From Bacteroidota bacterium (lineage in GTDB: Bacteria > Bacteroidota > Bacteroidia > JABDFU01), in the NCBI GenBank assembly GCA_016183775.1, contig JACPDY010000002.1, forward strand, positions 16,060 to 80,059: a DNA stretch of 64,000 nucleotides. The letters are read 5' to 3'. Position 1 is the first letter of the stretch. Each line of letters starts with the position of its first letter. The notes beneath the pieces are model-generated. The model was not told the origin of the DNA, did not search any database, and saw nothing but the letters and a program-made list of their open reading frames with translations. The position numbers and the translations under genes are program-made. Shown in pieces: positions 29,621-40,321 of this stretch.

Positions 29621-32440
29621 CTATGGCGTACTCAGGTTAAGATTTACACTACACCCATTCTTATCAGTAATATTTACAATATAATTACCAGGGCAAAGAT
29701 GATTCTTGTATCTGTTAACATAACCATCAGGCCAGGAATATGAGTATGGGCTTGTGCCGCCTATTGCGTTTATCATTATCCATTGTTTGCAGCCGCAACC
29801 CGCACAGTTGGATGTTCCTTTGGTAAATTGTCCGGCCAAATTACACGTAACACAAGAATTAACTGTTATATATGCAATTTTTTTCAACGAATCACAGGAG
29901 GTATATAGTTTGACATCATACGTACCTGGAGTATTGTACACTATTCCTATTGGGTTTTGAGTTGTGGACGTATTAGGTGTGCCACCCGGGAAACTCCAGG
30001 AATATGCACTTCCGGATGAATTACAAACAGGATTTATGGAAGTATAATTAACTGCCTGGCCGGCACAAAAAGATGTTTGGCTGGCATTGAAATCCAAATT
30101 ACCTGCATTACCACCGCAAGTATTGATGTTTAATTTGGCTAAAGCAATATCATAACTTCCATCGCAGGTAGTTTGATATGCTCCGGCCGTTACAGGATAA
30201 CCGCAGGCTGTCATTACCACCATGTAAACAGAACATCCATCTATTGCAATGCTGCCACCTAATACATCACCAAAGACAGATTCATTATTAGCATTATTTG
30301 TACAGGTCAGGCCCATATAACCAGAACATATCAATGTTCCATTCGGATCAAAGGTTGTTATGAATTGATCTTCTGATCCCTTAAATGTTGTTTGATAGGC
30401 ACACGACGTGACCGGAAAATCAATTGAATAGGTATCCCCCGAAACGATCACATTATTATTTGCATCACAGGCAATGCCGGTACAATTTTCGTCATTGATG
30501 GACGTTGCAGTTGCTCCTCCTCCTAAATAGGTTCCCCAAAGCCGTTGTCCAATGCTGTTGAATTTAACAACAAAAATATCGTAATCCCACCCCCCCGGAC
30601 TATTAACAAGTGTAGTTTGAAAAGCTCCCGAAGTAGCAATAGGAGAAGGAGTTCCCCCTGCAGGTGTCGAGGTCAATCCTCCTGCAACTACATTTCCAAG
30701 TCCGTCCGTTGCCACACACTGTATCATCCCGGAATAATATGTAGCCCAAAGTCGGGCACCGGTCGGATTAAATTTAAATAAATAGCCTCTGGATATTGGG
30801 GCAGTTGTAAGAAACGCTCCAGGACTTACCGGAAAATTCACACCATTAGTCCGTCCTCCTATGTATATATCTCCATTCAGATCACAAGTAATGCCACCAC
30901 AGAGTTCTCCGCACGAACTGCCAACATATGTTCCCCAAACACGGGCCCCATTTGACGCGAACTTAACAACAAAAATATCGCTTTGAAGACTGCCGCCACA
31001 AAATCCACTATTAATTGCCGGCTGAAATGAACCGCCGGTTGAAATGGCAGTTGTGGATTTGGTATTCCCGTATAAATAAACATTACTTCCATCCGTTGAA
31101 ACATCATACCCCTTGTCCTCATCAGTGCCCCCATAATAAGTTCCCCAAAGGCGGATTCCTCCGGGATCAAATTTTACAAGAAAAGCGTCATTACCGGCTA
31201 CGGCCGCATAAGTACTTTGATGAACTACATTACCTGCTGTGGCTCCTGCAATGGCATTGGTAGAAAATGTGTATCCGGAAACCAGCACATTATTTAAGTT
31301 ATCGGTAGCAATGCCTGTTCCCCATTCACAACCTGAACCTCCGTAAAAAGTGGCCCATAAACGGACACCACTGCTATTCATTTTTACAACAAACGCATCA
31401 TTCAAACAGGCACCCATTACAGTTTGATGAGCGCCCGGTGATCTGGGAAAATTGGCGGAATATGTTTGTCCTGTAAAAAGCACATTTCCCAAATTATCTG
31501 TTGTTACTGACCCTGTCATTTCAGTGTTATTGCCTCCATAATAAGTTACCCAAGGGTCAACCACTAATGCGAAGGAAGGGTTAAAAGTTGAAAATGAAAA
31601 ATGAACAATCACATCACTATTTGACAATTGTTCGAGTCTATACTCTGATTTTATGTCAATAATTTTTCCGTTTATATTCTGGTAAATTTTGGGCAACTGT
31701 TCTGTTATTTCATGGACTGAATTCTTAATTCTTAATTCTCCTCCCGGACCTGCCGAAGGATTAATTGTCAATCCACCTGTTCCACGGTATTTTAATTTAA
31801 TATCATCAGGATTTCCTCCGGGATTAATAATGATATCGTATTTCAAACCTTTTGCTCTGCTTCCACCTGCATTGAGCGAAGCCGAGCCGTAATATTTCAC
31901 ATCAATATTTTTATAAATATTCTTTACTGTTACTTCATTGTAGGAATTAACACGGGTTATGCCTTGCGGGCATTGACTGAGATAGTAATTTGTATAGCCC
32001 TCAATCCTTTCGGCTGTTTCGGTACGGGCATTTAAATTGGCATTTACAAAGTCAATATCTATACGGTGTAATTTAATAATTTGTTTTTCATACAAGGCTT
32101 GTTTAAACTCCTGCTCTTCCTCTTCAGTAATCAGCCCGGTTTGTTCCTTTGCTTCAGCTTGCTCATCAATTTCATGCATTATTTCATTTGCATTACTTAA
32201 CACAAAGCTGAAGCCTGCTTTTCGTATGTATACATCCGCCCCGGCGGTCTCCCCTCTGAATAAAACATCAGAACAAAAATGTTGTTCCATATCAGCAATC
32301 TGACCTTTGTTCTCTGTAAAAAAAAGATCATTCCCTTTAAGAGATTGCGCATTCGTGTGGCTAACGAAAAAAACAACAGCGGCAAGGGGTATTAAGCAGA
32401 TGCTTCTGTTTATTTGTTTTATGTGGAGTTGTGGTATCAT
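29621..32440 (-). CDS. giant secreted SBBP beta-propeller surface protein with PKD-like domain and conserved Cys-rich C-terminal module (paralog 3)
   Basis: Probable start at Met 32440 (MIPQLHIKQINRSICLIPLAAVVFFVSHTNAQ signal). N-terminal domain ENKGQ...NPGGNPDDI, SBBP repeats, PKD-like segment, C-terminal module ...NLNLSTP-stop. The ORF can be extended to 32539, but that extension is a relic of another C-terminal module. Confidence 0.7.
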   Translation of the reverse strand: MIPQLHIKQINRSICLIPLAAVVFFVSHTNAQSLKGNDLFFTENKGQIADMEQHFCSDVLFRGETAGADVYIRKAGFSFVLSNANEIMHEIDEQAEAKEQTGLITEEEEQEFKQALYEKQIIKLHRIDIDFVNANLNARTETAERIEGYTNYYLSQCPQGITRVNSYNEVTVKNIYKNIDVKYYGSASLNAGGSRAKGLKYDIIINPGGNPDDIKLKYRGTGGLTINPSAGPGGELRIKNSVHEITEQLPKIYQNINGKIIDIKSEYRLEQLSNSDVIVHFSFSTFNPSFALVVDPWVTYYGGNNTEMTGSVTTDNLGNVLFTGQTYSANFPRSPGAHQTVMGACLNDAFVVKMNSSGVRLWATFYGGSGCEWGTGIATDNLNNVLVSGYTFSTNAIAGATAGNVVHQSTYAAVAGNDAFLVKFDPGGIRLWGTYYGGTDEDKGYDVSTDGSNVYLYGNTKSTTAISTGGSFQPAINSGFCGGSLQSDIFVVKFASNGARVWGTYVGSSCGELCGGITCDLNGDIYIGGRTNGVNFPVSPGAFLTTAPISRGYLFKFNPTGARLWATYYSGMIQCVATDGLGNVVAGGLTSTPAGGTPSPIATSGAFQTTLVNSPGGWDYDIFVVKFNSIGQRLWGTYLGGGATATSINDENCTGIACDANNNVIVSGDTYSIDFPVTSCAYQTTFKGSEDQFITTFDPNGTLICSGYMGLTCTNNANNESVFGDVLGGSIAIDGCSVYMVVMTACGYPVTAGAYQTTCDGSYDIALAKLNINTCGGNAGNLDFNASQTSFCAGQAVNYTSINPVCNSSGSAYSWSFPGGTPNTSTTQNPIGIVYNTPGTYDVKLYTSCDSLKKIAYITVNSCVTCNLAGQFTKGTSNCAGCGCKQWIMINAIGGTSPYSYSWPDGYVNRYKNHLCPGNYIVNITDKNGCSVNLNLSTP

Positions 32441-32845
32441 GTAATCAGGCAAAATTTTGCAAATCAAATATTGTGGTATACTCAGGTTCAGATTCACACT
32501 GGTCAGAAAACTTAGGCCCGCCAGCTTTGACGTCACCAATGGCCTGAGAAAAAAGTGTACCTGAAAAAAATATCTGAAAAAAGAGATTTAAACAAAATGC
32601 GCAATGAACAAATCCGTTTTTGAACCTTAATAAATTTTTCACTTTGCCCATTTTTTAAAGGTATTATGATGCGATACGGAATCAAAAACATATATTTACA
32701 AATATAGTTTGTTTGAAAATACAAAAATGCATTTAACATATTAGTTATCAATAACTTAAATAAACATTTAATAATGTTAGTAAATTTAAATTAAGGAAGG
32801 GTTTAAGCCAAATAAATACAGGGTTATTGAATTCTATTTTTTTTT

Positions 32846-32931
32846 GCCACCAAAACACGAAAGCACAAAACCTGCCTGCCTGCCGGCAGGTTTCACCAAA
32901 CGCATTTCGTGGGGTTTAGTGTTTTGGTGGC
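32846..32931. promoter_or_regulatory. nested palindromic element in the divergent intergenic region
   Basis: gccaccaaaacac (32846-32858) ... gtgttttggtggc (32919-32931), a 13-bp perfect IR flanking the inner palindrome cctgcctgccggcagg; additional ttggtggcaaaa half-site; between the divergent starts at 32440 (-) and 33055 (+). Confidence 0.45.
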
Positions 32932-33054
32932 TTGGTGGCAAAATTTATTGCTTTTATAACGTTATACCAATTTGATTTTAATTTAAGCCCAATCAATACT
33001 GGTATAATGCCGATGTGATTAGAATTTAACAACCCTGATAAATACACAAGATTC

Positions 33055-34611
33055 ATGAAAACAAATTCTTCCGAACTATTTGACACGATCAAATCTCTAA
33101 GCACACAGGAGAAAAAACGAATCAGAAAAGAAATGTCTCAAAATAACAAAGACAAAAAAACACTATTATTATATGATCTTATCGACAAACAAAAAAAATT
33201 TGACGATGCCGCTATTCAAAAAAAACTGGGTCATCCTAAATGGTACCCGCAGCTAAAAAAATATTTACTTGAACGTCTTACCGATAAAATATTCAGCGGA
33301 AATCCCGATAAAAAAAACTACACTTATGTGCTCAGGTTAATAACCATTGCCGAACAATTTTACGCGAAAGGATTGTTTAAACAGTCACAAAAGAAATTTG
33401 AACAAGCCGCCGACACCTGCAAAAAAAACGACTGGCTGGAATATATCCCGATCATCAATGCCAGGCTTAGCAATATTATAGGCACTAAACACGAGCAAAG
33501 AAAAAATTACATTTTTTATACAGAAGCCTACCAGGCTTTAAATCAATCCTATTTGGAAAAAAAATACTCGCTCTTGTTTCGCTGTTTGGAATTCTCAAAC
33601 AAAACAATGCAATCAAAACAACTTATAAACAATCTGAATATAAATGAATGCTTATCTGATGAAACGCGCCTGACTACCCTGCTTCAAAAACTGCATTACT
33701 ACCAATTTTTAGCTTCCTATTATAAAAACATTGAAATCAATCATAGCCAAAGCTATTTCTATTGCAAAAAATATCTCGATGTTGTAGTGAAAAAAAATCA
33801 GGAAGATGAAAATAAAAATGCGGCTTCCGAAAGCCAGAAAACTTCGCGCGAAAGAAATAATATTGTAGGCTTGCTTAATGTAATCGTCGCGGCAATTAAT
33901 GCAAATTTATTTGAAGATTTAAATGCCCTGTATCTATCATTCCTTGACCTGAAAAATAAGTTCAACATAAAGGATGATCACAGTCTGGCTCTCCTGTTCG
34001 AGGAAAGCCGTTTAATTCTTTACCTGTTAATTTCCACTTCTAATATCACAAGACGAGGATTGGAACATCCGGATTTCGATTTCTATCTCAGGCAATTTTA
34101 TCATAATGAAAATAAACTACCCCGGCCAACATCAACATCCTGCAATGAACTCATCGCTTTCACCTTCTTTATGAAAAAAAAATGGGCCGATTGCACCGCT
34201 TCAATTAATAAAATAGTAAATGACAACGAGATCTACAAAATTTATTCAGAAACATACGCTAACATACTTCTTCTCCGGCTATTCGTGAATTACGAAACAG
34301 GGGATCTTGATATCCTGGATTTCAACCTGAAGAAAACGGAACGATATTTCGGGAAGCGCTATTGGGCTTTGCCATACGAAAATCTGATATTGTCATTTTT
34401 CAACGAAATAACAATCAACGGTCAGGCTGCTCACTTCAACATATTGAAGAAATACAAGAGCCATCTGGATCACTTACTATTAACTGACAGATCATTCGCA
34501 GCAACGTATTTAGCTGAAAGAATATTTATTGATTTCGGCTGTTGGCTCGATTCCAGGATCACCAATAAGCCACTTAGAGATGTGTTAAAAGAAAAATGGA
34601 ATAAGAATTGA
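33055..34611 (+). CDS. ~517-aa family protein A (AT-rich, Lys-rich, predicted cytoplasmic alpha-helical); function unknown
   Basis: No signal peptide; MKTNSSELFDTIKSLSTQEKKRIRKEMS N-terminus shared with paralogs at 46514 and 53230; stop is 6 bp from the stop of the convergent giant gene 34618..37404. Confidence 0.6.
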   Translation: MKTNSSELFDTIKSLSTQEKKRIRKEMSQNNKDKKTLLLYDLIDKQKKFDDAAIQKKLGHPKWYPQLKKYLLERLTDKIFSGNPDKKNYTYVLRLITIAEQFYAKGLFKQSQKKFEQAADTCKKNDWLEYIPIINARLSNIIGTKHEQRKNYIFYTEAYQALNQSYLEKKYSLLFRCLEFSNKTMQSKQLINNLNINECLSDETRLTTLLQKLHYYQFLASYYKNIEINHSQSYFYCKKYLDVVVKKNQEDENKNAASESQKTSRERNNIVGLLNVIVAAINANLFEDLNALYLSFLDLKNKFNIKDDHSLALLFEESRLILYLLISTSNITRRGLEHPDFDFYLRQFYHNENKLPRPTSTSCNELIAFTFFMKKKWADCTASINKIVNDNEIYKIYSETYANILLLRLFVNYETGDLDILDFNLKKTERYFGKRYWALPYENLILSFFNEITINGQAAHFNILKKYKSHLDHLLLTDRSFAATYLAERIFIDFGCWLDSRITNKPLRDVLKEKWNKN

Positions 34612-34617
34612 ATTGCA

Positions 34618-37404
34618 TCAAGGCACGGCAAGATCAATATTTATGCTGCAGCCGTTTTTATCTTTTATATTTATAGTATAAGCACCCGGGCACAGCTGAT
34701 TTTTATATCTCCTGGCAGATCCATCGGGCCACAAATAAGTGTACGGGCCGGTGCCGCCTGTGGCAGTTACAAGTATCCATTCTTTGCATCCGCATGCTGT
34801 ACAACCAGCGGCACCTTTGGCAAACTGACCAATTAAATTACATACAGTGCAAGGGCTAATAGTTATGTTTATGCTTTTGCTGCTGCTATCGCAGGTGGTT
34901 TTTGCTTTAAGCTGCACAGTGTAATTGCCTGGTGTTGTATATACTATACCTGTTGGGTTTTGGTTAACTGAGGCAGCGGGGGTACCGCCCGGAAAACTCC
35001 AGGTATAGCTTACAACGCTATTATCGCAACTAATGGAAAAATTGCCTGTGAAATTTATTGGTGTGTTGTTGCATAAAGGGTTAGTGCTTGTTGAAGCGAC
35101 GAGTGCGGTTGTTTTATCAAAGCCACAACTGTTTTTGTACAATTGGGCTACAAAGGCATCACTGGTTCCGCCCCCATAAACCGTTTGATGTGCTGCGGGA
35201 GTAACGGGATAGCTACCCCCGACATACCCCGTCATATATACAAAGCAGCCATAAAGGGTTATAACACATTCTTCATCATGAGGTATTGCCGGACTGCCTA
35301 CGTAGGAGGAACAAATGAGCTGTCCAGCCTGACTAAAGTGAGTAACAAAGCCATCTTCTTCACCTCCTAATGTTTGCTGCCACGCGCAGGAACTTACGGG
35401 AAAGTTTAAGCTATAGGTATCTCCCGATACATAAACGTCATTTGTAAGTTGATCCACCGCGACAGACAGCGCATAATCACGATCCGATCCTCCCAGGTAA
35501 GTTGCCCAGATACGACTTGCAGCGCCTCCGGCACTGTCAAATTTCACAAGAAAGGCATCATAAAAAACACTGCCACCAAAAACATTTTGAAATCCACCGG
35601 CAGCGATACCAATAGCGCTGGTGGTCTGGCCAGCCATATACACATTTCCTGCTACATCGGTGGCCACGCTGTTACCCCCATCATAAGCCGTTCCTCCATA
35701 GTAAGTGGCCCAGAGGCGTCCGCCTGAGGTGGAGTTAAATTTCACAAGAAAAGCATCAGTACCACCGCCCAAAACATTTTGAAACCCACCTGAAGCGATG
35801 CCTGCAGTACTGGGAGTATTTCCGGCAAGATATACATTTCCTGATGCATCGGTGGCTACGCTTTTACCCATATCATCACCTGTTCCTCCGTAGTAAGTGC
35901 CCCAGACACGGGATCCAGCCCCGCTAAATTTCACAAGAAAGGCGTCAAAAGTTCCGCCTCCAAAAATATTTTGAAATCCAGTGGAAGCGATACCGGCAGT
36001 GCTGACTGTATATCCGGCCAGATACACATTTCCCAATGCATCCGTGGCTATGCTTTGACCATAATCACCACTCATTCCTCCATAATAAGTAGCCCAAAGG
36101 CGGGTTCCTGACACAGAATTAAATTTTACAAGAAAGGCATCAAAAGTACCCCCAAAAATATTTTGAAATCCGGCGGAGGCTATACCTGTAGTGCTGGTGG
36201 TTTGGCCGGCAAGATAGATATTTCCTAATGCATCGGCAGCTACACTTTTACCCTGATCACTACCAGTCCCTCCATAGTAAGTGGCCCAGAGACGGGCTCC
36301 GGCCCCGTTAAATTTCACAAGAAAAGCATCCGCGCCTCCGCTCTTAACATTCTGAAATCCAGCGGAGGAAATGCTTGCAACGCTGCTGGTCCAACCGCCT
36401 AAATATACATTTCCCGATGCATCGGTTGCTATGCTGGTCCCAGCATCACCACCTGTTCCCCCATAGTATGTTACCCAGGGGTCTACCACTAAAGCATGTT
36501 CCGGGTTCCAGGTTCCAAGTTCAAATGTTACAAGCCCCTCTCCGGCTCTCCCCGGGAGGGAGAGAGTTAAATTGTAGTTAGCTTTTACATCAACAATTTT
36601 CCCGTTTATGTTTTGGTAAACTCTGGGTATTGATTCGGTAAATTCGTTTACACTTGTTTTAATTACCAAACTGCCTTCGCGATTAATGTGTATGCTTTCG
36701 GCTCCGCTCCAGCGAAGTTTAATTTGATTGGGGTTGGCATGGGGTTGTACTACCAGATCATACTTTATCCCCTGCCTGTCCGTCAGGCAAGCATTTTGCT
36801 TGTTACCATAATAGGTTATGTCAATACCATCATAAATATTTTTGTACGTTACTTTGTTGTATTGCTTTACGTTTAATACTCCATTGGGGCAATGCGCGTA
36901 GTAGTAATTGTTGTAGCCCTCTATTTCATCTTCATTAACAAACCTGCAGTTAGCATTGGCTCCGGCAAAATCCATATCAACCCTATTTACTTTAATTTTT
37001 TCATCACGCATTAATTCATCTTGTTTCGTATCCTCATCGGCTTCGGTTAATGTTCCGGCATTAATTAATGCTTCCACCTTTTCGTGAACTTTGTATTGGA
37101 CTTCGCCCATATTGTTGTACACATAACTAATGCCGCTTTTGCGTAAATAAATATCAGCACCCCTGCTTTCACCTTTATATAAAATATCGGGACAAAGATT
37201 ACCATTCATATCAGCTACCTGACCTTTATTAGGGATAAAACATAATCCGTTGCTACCCAATAGTTTCCCGGTTTGGGCATTTCCCAAAGCATATGTTTGT
37301 TGAGCATGGCTATGACTCACCATTAACCCAATCCCAACAAAAAATAAAATATTTTTTATCCCCGACGAGAGGCCAAGTCGTTTATTTTTGCTTTTTGATT
37401 CCAT
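34618..37404 (-). CDS. giant secreted SBBP beta-propeller surface protein with PKD-like domain and conserved Cys-rich C-terminal module (paralog 4)
   Basis: Signal peptide ...ILFFVGIGLMVSHSHAQQ; ENKGQ-type N-terminal domain (PNKGQ...QPHANPNQI); ~9 SBBP repeats (ATYYGGTG.D.G.SVATDA.GN.YLAG.T.ST.GIAS.GFQN..GG..DAFLVKF); PKD-like segment; C-terminus ...CTACGCKEWIL...DLAVP-stop. Confidence 0.75.
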   Translation of the reverse strand: MESKSKNKRLGLSSGIKNILFFVGIGLMVSHSHAQQTYALGNAQTGKLLGSNGLCFIPNKGQVADMNGNLCPDILYKGESRGADIYLRKSGISYVYNNMGEVQYKVHEKVEALINAGTLTEADEDTKQDELMRDEKIKVNRVDMDFAGANANCRFVNEDEIEGYNNYYYAHCPNGVLNVKQYNKVTYKNIYDGIDITYYGNKQNACLTDRQGIKYDLVVQPHANPNQIKLRWSGAESIHINREGSLVIKTSVNEFTESIPRVYQNINGKIVDVKANYNLTLSLPGRAGEGLVTFELGTWNPEHALVVDPWVTYYGGTGGDAGTSIATDASGNVYLGGWTSSVASISSAGFQNVKSGGADAFLVKFNGAGARLWATYYGGTGSDQGKSVAADALGNIYLAGQTTSTTGIASAGFQNIFGGTFDAFLVKFNSVSGTRLWATYYGGMSGDYGQSIATDALGNVYLAGYTVSTAGIASTGFQNIFGGGTFDAFLVKFSGAGSRVWGTYYGGTGDDMGKSVATDASGNVYLAGNTPSTAGIASGGFQNVLGGGTDAFLVKFNSTSGGRLWATYYGGTAYDGGNSVATDVAGNVYMAGQTTSAIGIAAGGFQNVFGGSVFYDAFLVKFDSAGGAASRIWATYLGGSDRDYALSVAVDQLTNDVYVSGDTYSLNFPVSSCAWQQTLGGEEDGFVTHFSQAGQLICSSYVGSPAIPHDEECVITLYGCFVYMTGYVGGSYPVTPAAHQTVYGGGTSDAFVAQLYKNSCGFDKTTALVASTSTNPLCNNTPINFTGNFSISCDNSVVSYTWSFPGGTPAASVNQNPTGIVYTTPGNYTVQLKAKTTCDSSSKSINITISPCTVCNLIGQFAKGAAGCTACGCKEWILVTATGGTGPYTYLWPDGSARRYKNQLCPGAYTINIKDKNGCSINIDLAVP

Positions 37405-37409
37405 AATAC

Positions 37410-39071
37410 TTATGGTGTTGTAAGGTTAACATTTACACTACAGCCATTTTTATCTTTAATGTTTATAGTGTAAGCGCCGGGACACAGATCATTTTTGTAC
37501 CTGTTAGTATATCCATCCGGCCATAAATAAGAATAAGGGCTTGTTCCTCCTGTTGCAGTTATCATTATCCATTGTTTGCAGCCGCAACCGGCACAACTGG
37601 AAGTTCCTTTAGTGAATTGCCCGGCAAGCAAACATCCACATGAACTTACTGTTATATTTTGTTTCAATGTATCAGTGCCACAAGCATAACTGAGCACCAG
37701 CTTAACAGTATACGTTCCGGCACCACTAAATGTATGATTTGCACTATTAACAGTGGAAGTATTGTTTATACCAGAGGCCGGGTCGCCAAAATTCCACAAA
37801 ACAGAACTAATAGCATTTGAAGATCCGGAACAGTTCGTAACATTAACTTGTGGCGCCGTAAAAATTCCATTCAGACAATTGACAGATGCCGTAAATGGTG
37901 GCGGTGGTGGCTTAAAATAATAGTTTACAAAATTCGGGAACCCATTCCTGATTATCCTTCCTGATAAAGCAACTCCATTTACTACAAAATTACATCCAAC
38001 ACCAAGCGTGTTCGGATTATTAATAACTCCTGCCCAGCTTCCTTGCAATAAGGCAACGTATATTTTTTTATCCGGACCTAACTGAAGAGCACCCCTGAAA
38101 GCAGCTGGTGTGTTGATCAGAATTCCGGAATTAGCTACGGCTGCGTTAGAGCCTGCGCAAAGGTTAAACTGGTAAATATGACCGGAGACACAAGCCCCAT
38201 ACATTTTTGTACCATCAGGTGAGAATTCTACACCATATAGAATACTGCCGCCGGCAGATAACGGCAACACGATACCGTTGGAAACCACTCCTGTTGAATT
38301 ATTAAAATCAAATAACTCAAAACTCATACCCTGTACCGCGGAACCAAGCTTTTTTCCGTTCGGAGATGCTTTTAATTGTCCGTGTGTATTCAGAACAGAG
38401 CCATTAACCACAAGACCGGCGTTGCTCACAACCGGCACTGTGTTAACACCTGCAGATGTAACGAGATAAGTACGGAAAGCGTTTGAATTCCAGTCATGTG
38501 TTACCACCCATACATCTTTGTTATTGCAATGTCTTACTCCCGCTATTTTTTCACAAGAGGGCGTGTTAAGCAGAATGTTTTTGTTGGCTGTTACATTACC
38601 AAGCCCCGCGTTCAGGGTCATATCAACTTCTGAATATCTTATCCCTCTTAGTTGTGCTTCATAGTCTGCTGTAAATATATAATAGATTGTGGTACTTCCC
38701 GGTTTTTGGATAATTACAGACGATTGTGTTGAGGAATTATGACCCATCAAACCAAATCCATTGGGCATCTGGATGTGATTTTTGTTCCAGACAAATGTTC
38801 CATCGGTATAAAAGAGCAGGTTTCCAGCCACGTCAGATATGGAGGCACACCCTTCTGATGCAAACATTTGACCATCAGTAACTGCAACGGGAGGCCCAAA
38901 ATTAAAATGCAAACCCGCATTCTGCCCAAAATACCACCAGTTTGCTTCACCCTGTGCATATACTTCATCATTAATTCTCAGAAAAAAAGGAGAAAAGTAA
39001 AGGAAGACAATTGCCAAATGAATTTTAAAAAATTTCTTATGGTAAAGGCATCTTTCTATCTTCATGGTCAT
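37410..39071 (-). CDS. secreted protein with a distinct non-SBBP N-terminal domain, PKD domain and the same conserved Cys-rich C-terminal module
   Basis: PKD motif WNFGDPASG...HTFSGAGTYTVKLV; C-terminus GQFTKGTSSCAGCGCKQWIM...NLTTP-stop; 5 bp downstream of 34618..37404. Confidence 0.65.
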   Translation of the reverse strand: MTMKIERCLYHKKFFKIHLAIVFLYFSPFFLRINDEVYAQGEANWWYFGQNAGLHFNFGPPVAVTDGQMFASEGCASISDVAGNLLFYTDGTFVWNKNHIQMPNGFGLMGHNSSTQSSVIIQKPGSTTIYYIFTADYEAQLRGIRYSEVDMTLNAGLGNVTANKNILLNTPSCEKIAGVRHCNNKDVWVVTHDWNSNAFRTYLVTSAGVNTVPVVSNAGLVVNGSVLNTHGQLKASPNGKKLGSAVQGMSFELFDFNNSTGVVSNGIVLPLSAGGSILYGVEFSPDGTKMYGACVSGHIYQFNLCAGSNAAVANSGILINTPAAFRGALQLGPDKKIYVALLQGSWAGVINNPNTLGVGCNFVVNGVALSGRIIRNGFPNFVNYYFKPPPPPFTASVNCLNGIFTAPQVNVTNCSGSSNAISSVLWNFGDPASGINNTSTVNSANHTFSGAGTYTVKLVLSYACGTDTLKQNITVSSCGCLLAGQFTKGTSSCAGCGCKQWIMITATGGTSPYSYLWPDGYTNRYKNDLCPGAYTINIKDKNGCSVNVNLTTP

Positions 39072-39166
39072 AAATAATTTTCATTTTCATAAAAACTTAT
39101 CGGTGTGCTTTCTTTTACATTGCCATGTTGTATGATCCAGATTGTTACATGTTCCTTATGAAATAA

Positions 39167-40321
39167 CTATTTCAATTTAACATTTTTTATTGTGTGAATA
39201 TGATCCGGCTGTTTTTTTACATGATAAAAATCAAGCACATTTCCCAAATAAGTATCCGCCTTAGGCAACGGAACCCCGACAATATCTAATATACGTCTCG
39301 TTTTTTTATTTTCAAAAACCTGTTTATCTGCTATAAACTCTAAAAACATAGACAGATTTTGTAACTTTTTTTTATTCTTTATGTTAGAAAATATACTAAA
39401 AATGAACAGCAGAAATTTAAAAAGCCTTAATGGAACCAACCTGGTAGTTGGGATAGCGTAGTTCTTGCTTTTGTAAAACTCCTGAACTTTTTTTGCAAGT
39501 TCCTGAATTTCGATGGATTGCCCGGGCCCCGAAGTAAGGTGAAGTATTTTTCCAATCGTGGACGTTTGCTGCGTTGACCAGACAATAACTTTAGCCACAT
39601 AATCAGAAGGCACAGTATCCAGTTTTACATTTTTTATTTGGGGAAGAAAGCCTGCGGTATATTTCCCTGTTAAAAAATCTGTTAAGTGATAAAAAATCTG
39701 GAAATGAATAGTTTTTCCTGTAATAGAATCGCCAACCACCATGCTCGGCCTGTGAATAGTTATCGGCCAGCCTATATTTATTTTTTGTAAAACCAGTTCT
39801 TCCGCTTTTGTTTTTGACGACTCATAAGTATTATGAAAGGCTCTTGGCGTAATAAGCGGCGTTTCAGGGATGCTGCCCGGCATTTTACCGGCAATACCTA
39901 CCGTGCTTATATATTCGATTTTTTCAAGTGTGCCATTTTGTAAACATAAATCAGCCAGCTGCAATAAATTTTCTGTGGAACGTACGCTTGAGCGGTGCGC
40001 CTGCTCCTCCGTCATATTCATTTTAACAGTGGCCGCACAATGAATAATATGTGTTATAGAATGAATGATCTCTTTAAATATAGTTGGATTTATGCCAAAC
40101 CCATCTTCAGTAATATCGCCACGGACCGGAATTAGTGTTGGTACATCTGCATTGAAATCCCAATACGCTAACAGGTCATTGAAACGTTCTGCCAACTTTT
40201 CGTCAGATTCAGCACGCAGCAAAAGATAAACCCTGGATGGATTAAGTTCCATCAGGAAAGGCACTATGCTGCTGCCCAGGGCTCCAGAGGCCCCTGTAAG
40301 AAATATAGTTTTTAGTGACAT
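39167..40321 (-). CDS. NAD(P)-dependent thioester/fatty-acyl reductase (NAD_binding_4, male-sterility-type SDR)
   Basis: Rossmann motif LTGASGALGSSI; catalytic YESSKTKAE; 384-aa length typical of the thioester-reductase family; overlaps the upstream ligase stop. Confidence 0.6.
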   Translation of the reverse strand: MSLKTIFLTGASGALGSSIVPFLMELNPSRVYLLLRAESDEKLAERFNDLLAYWDFNADVPTLIPVRGDITEDGFGINPTIFKEIIHSITHIIHCAATVKMNMTEEQAHRSSVRSTENLLQLADLCLQNGTLEKIEYISTVGIAGKMPGSIPETPLITPRAFHNTYESSKTKAEELVLQKINIGWPITIHRPSMVVGDSITGKTIHFQIFYHLTDFLTGKYTAGFLPQIKNVKLDTVPSDYVAKVIVWSTQQTSTIGKILHLTSGPGQSIEIQELAKKVQEFYKSKNYAIPTTRLVPLRLFKFLLFIFSIFSNIKNKKKLQNLSMFLEFIADKQVFENKKTRRILDIVGVPLPKADTYLGNVLDFYHVKKQPDHIHTIKNVKLK

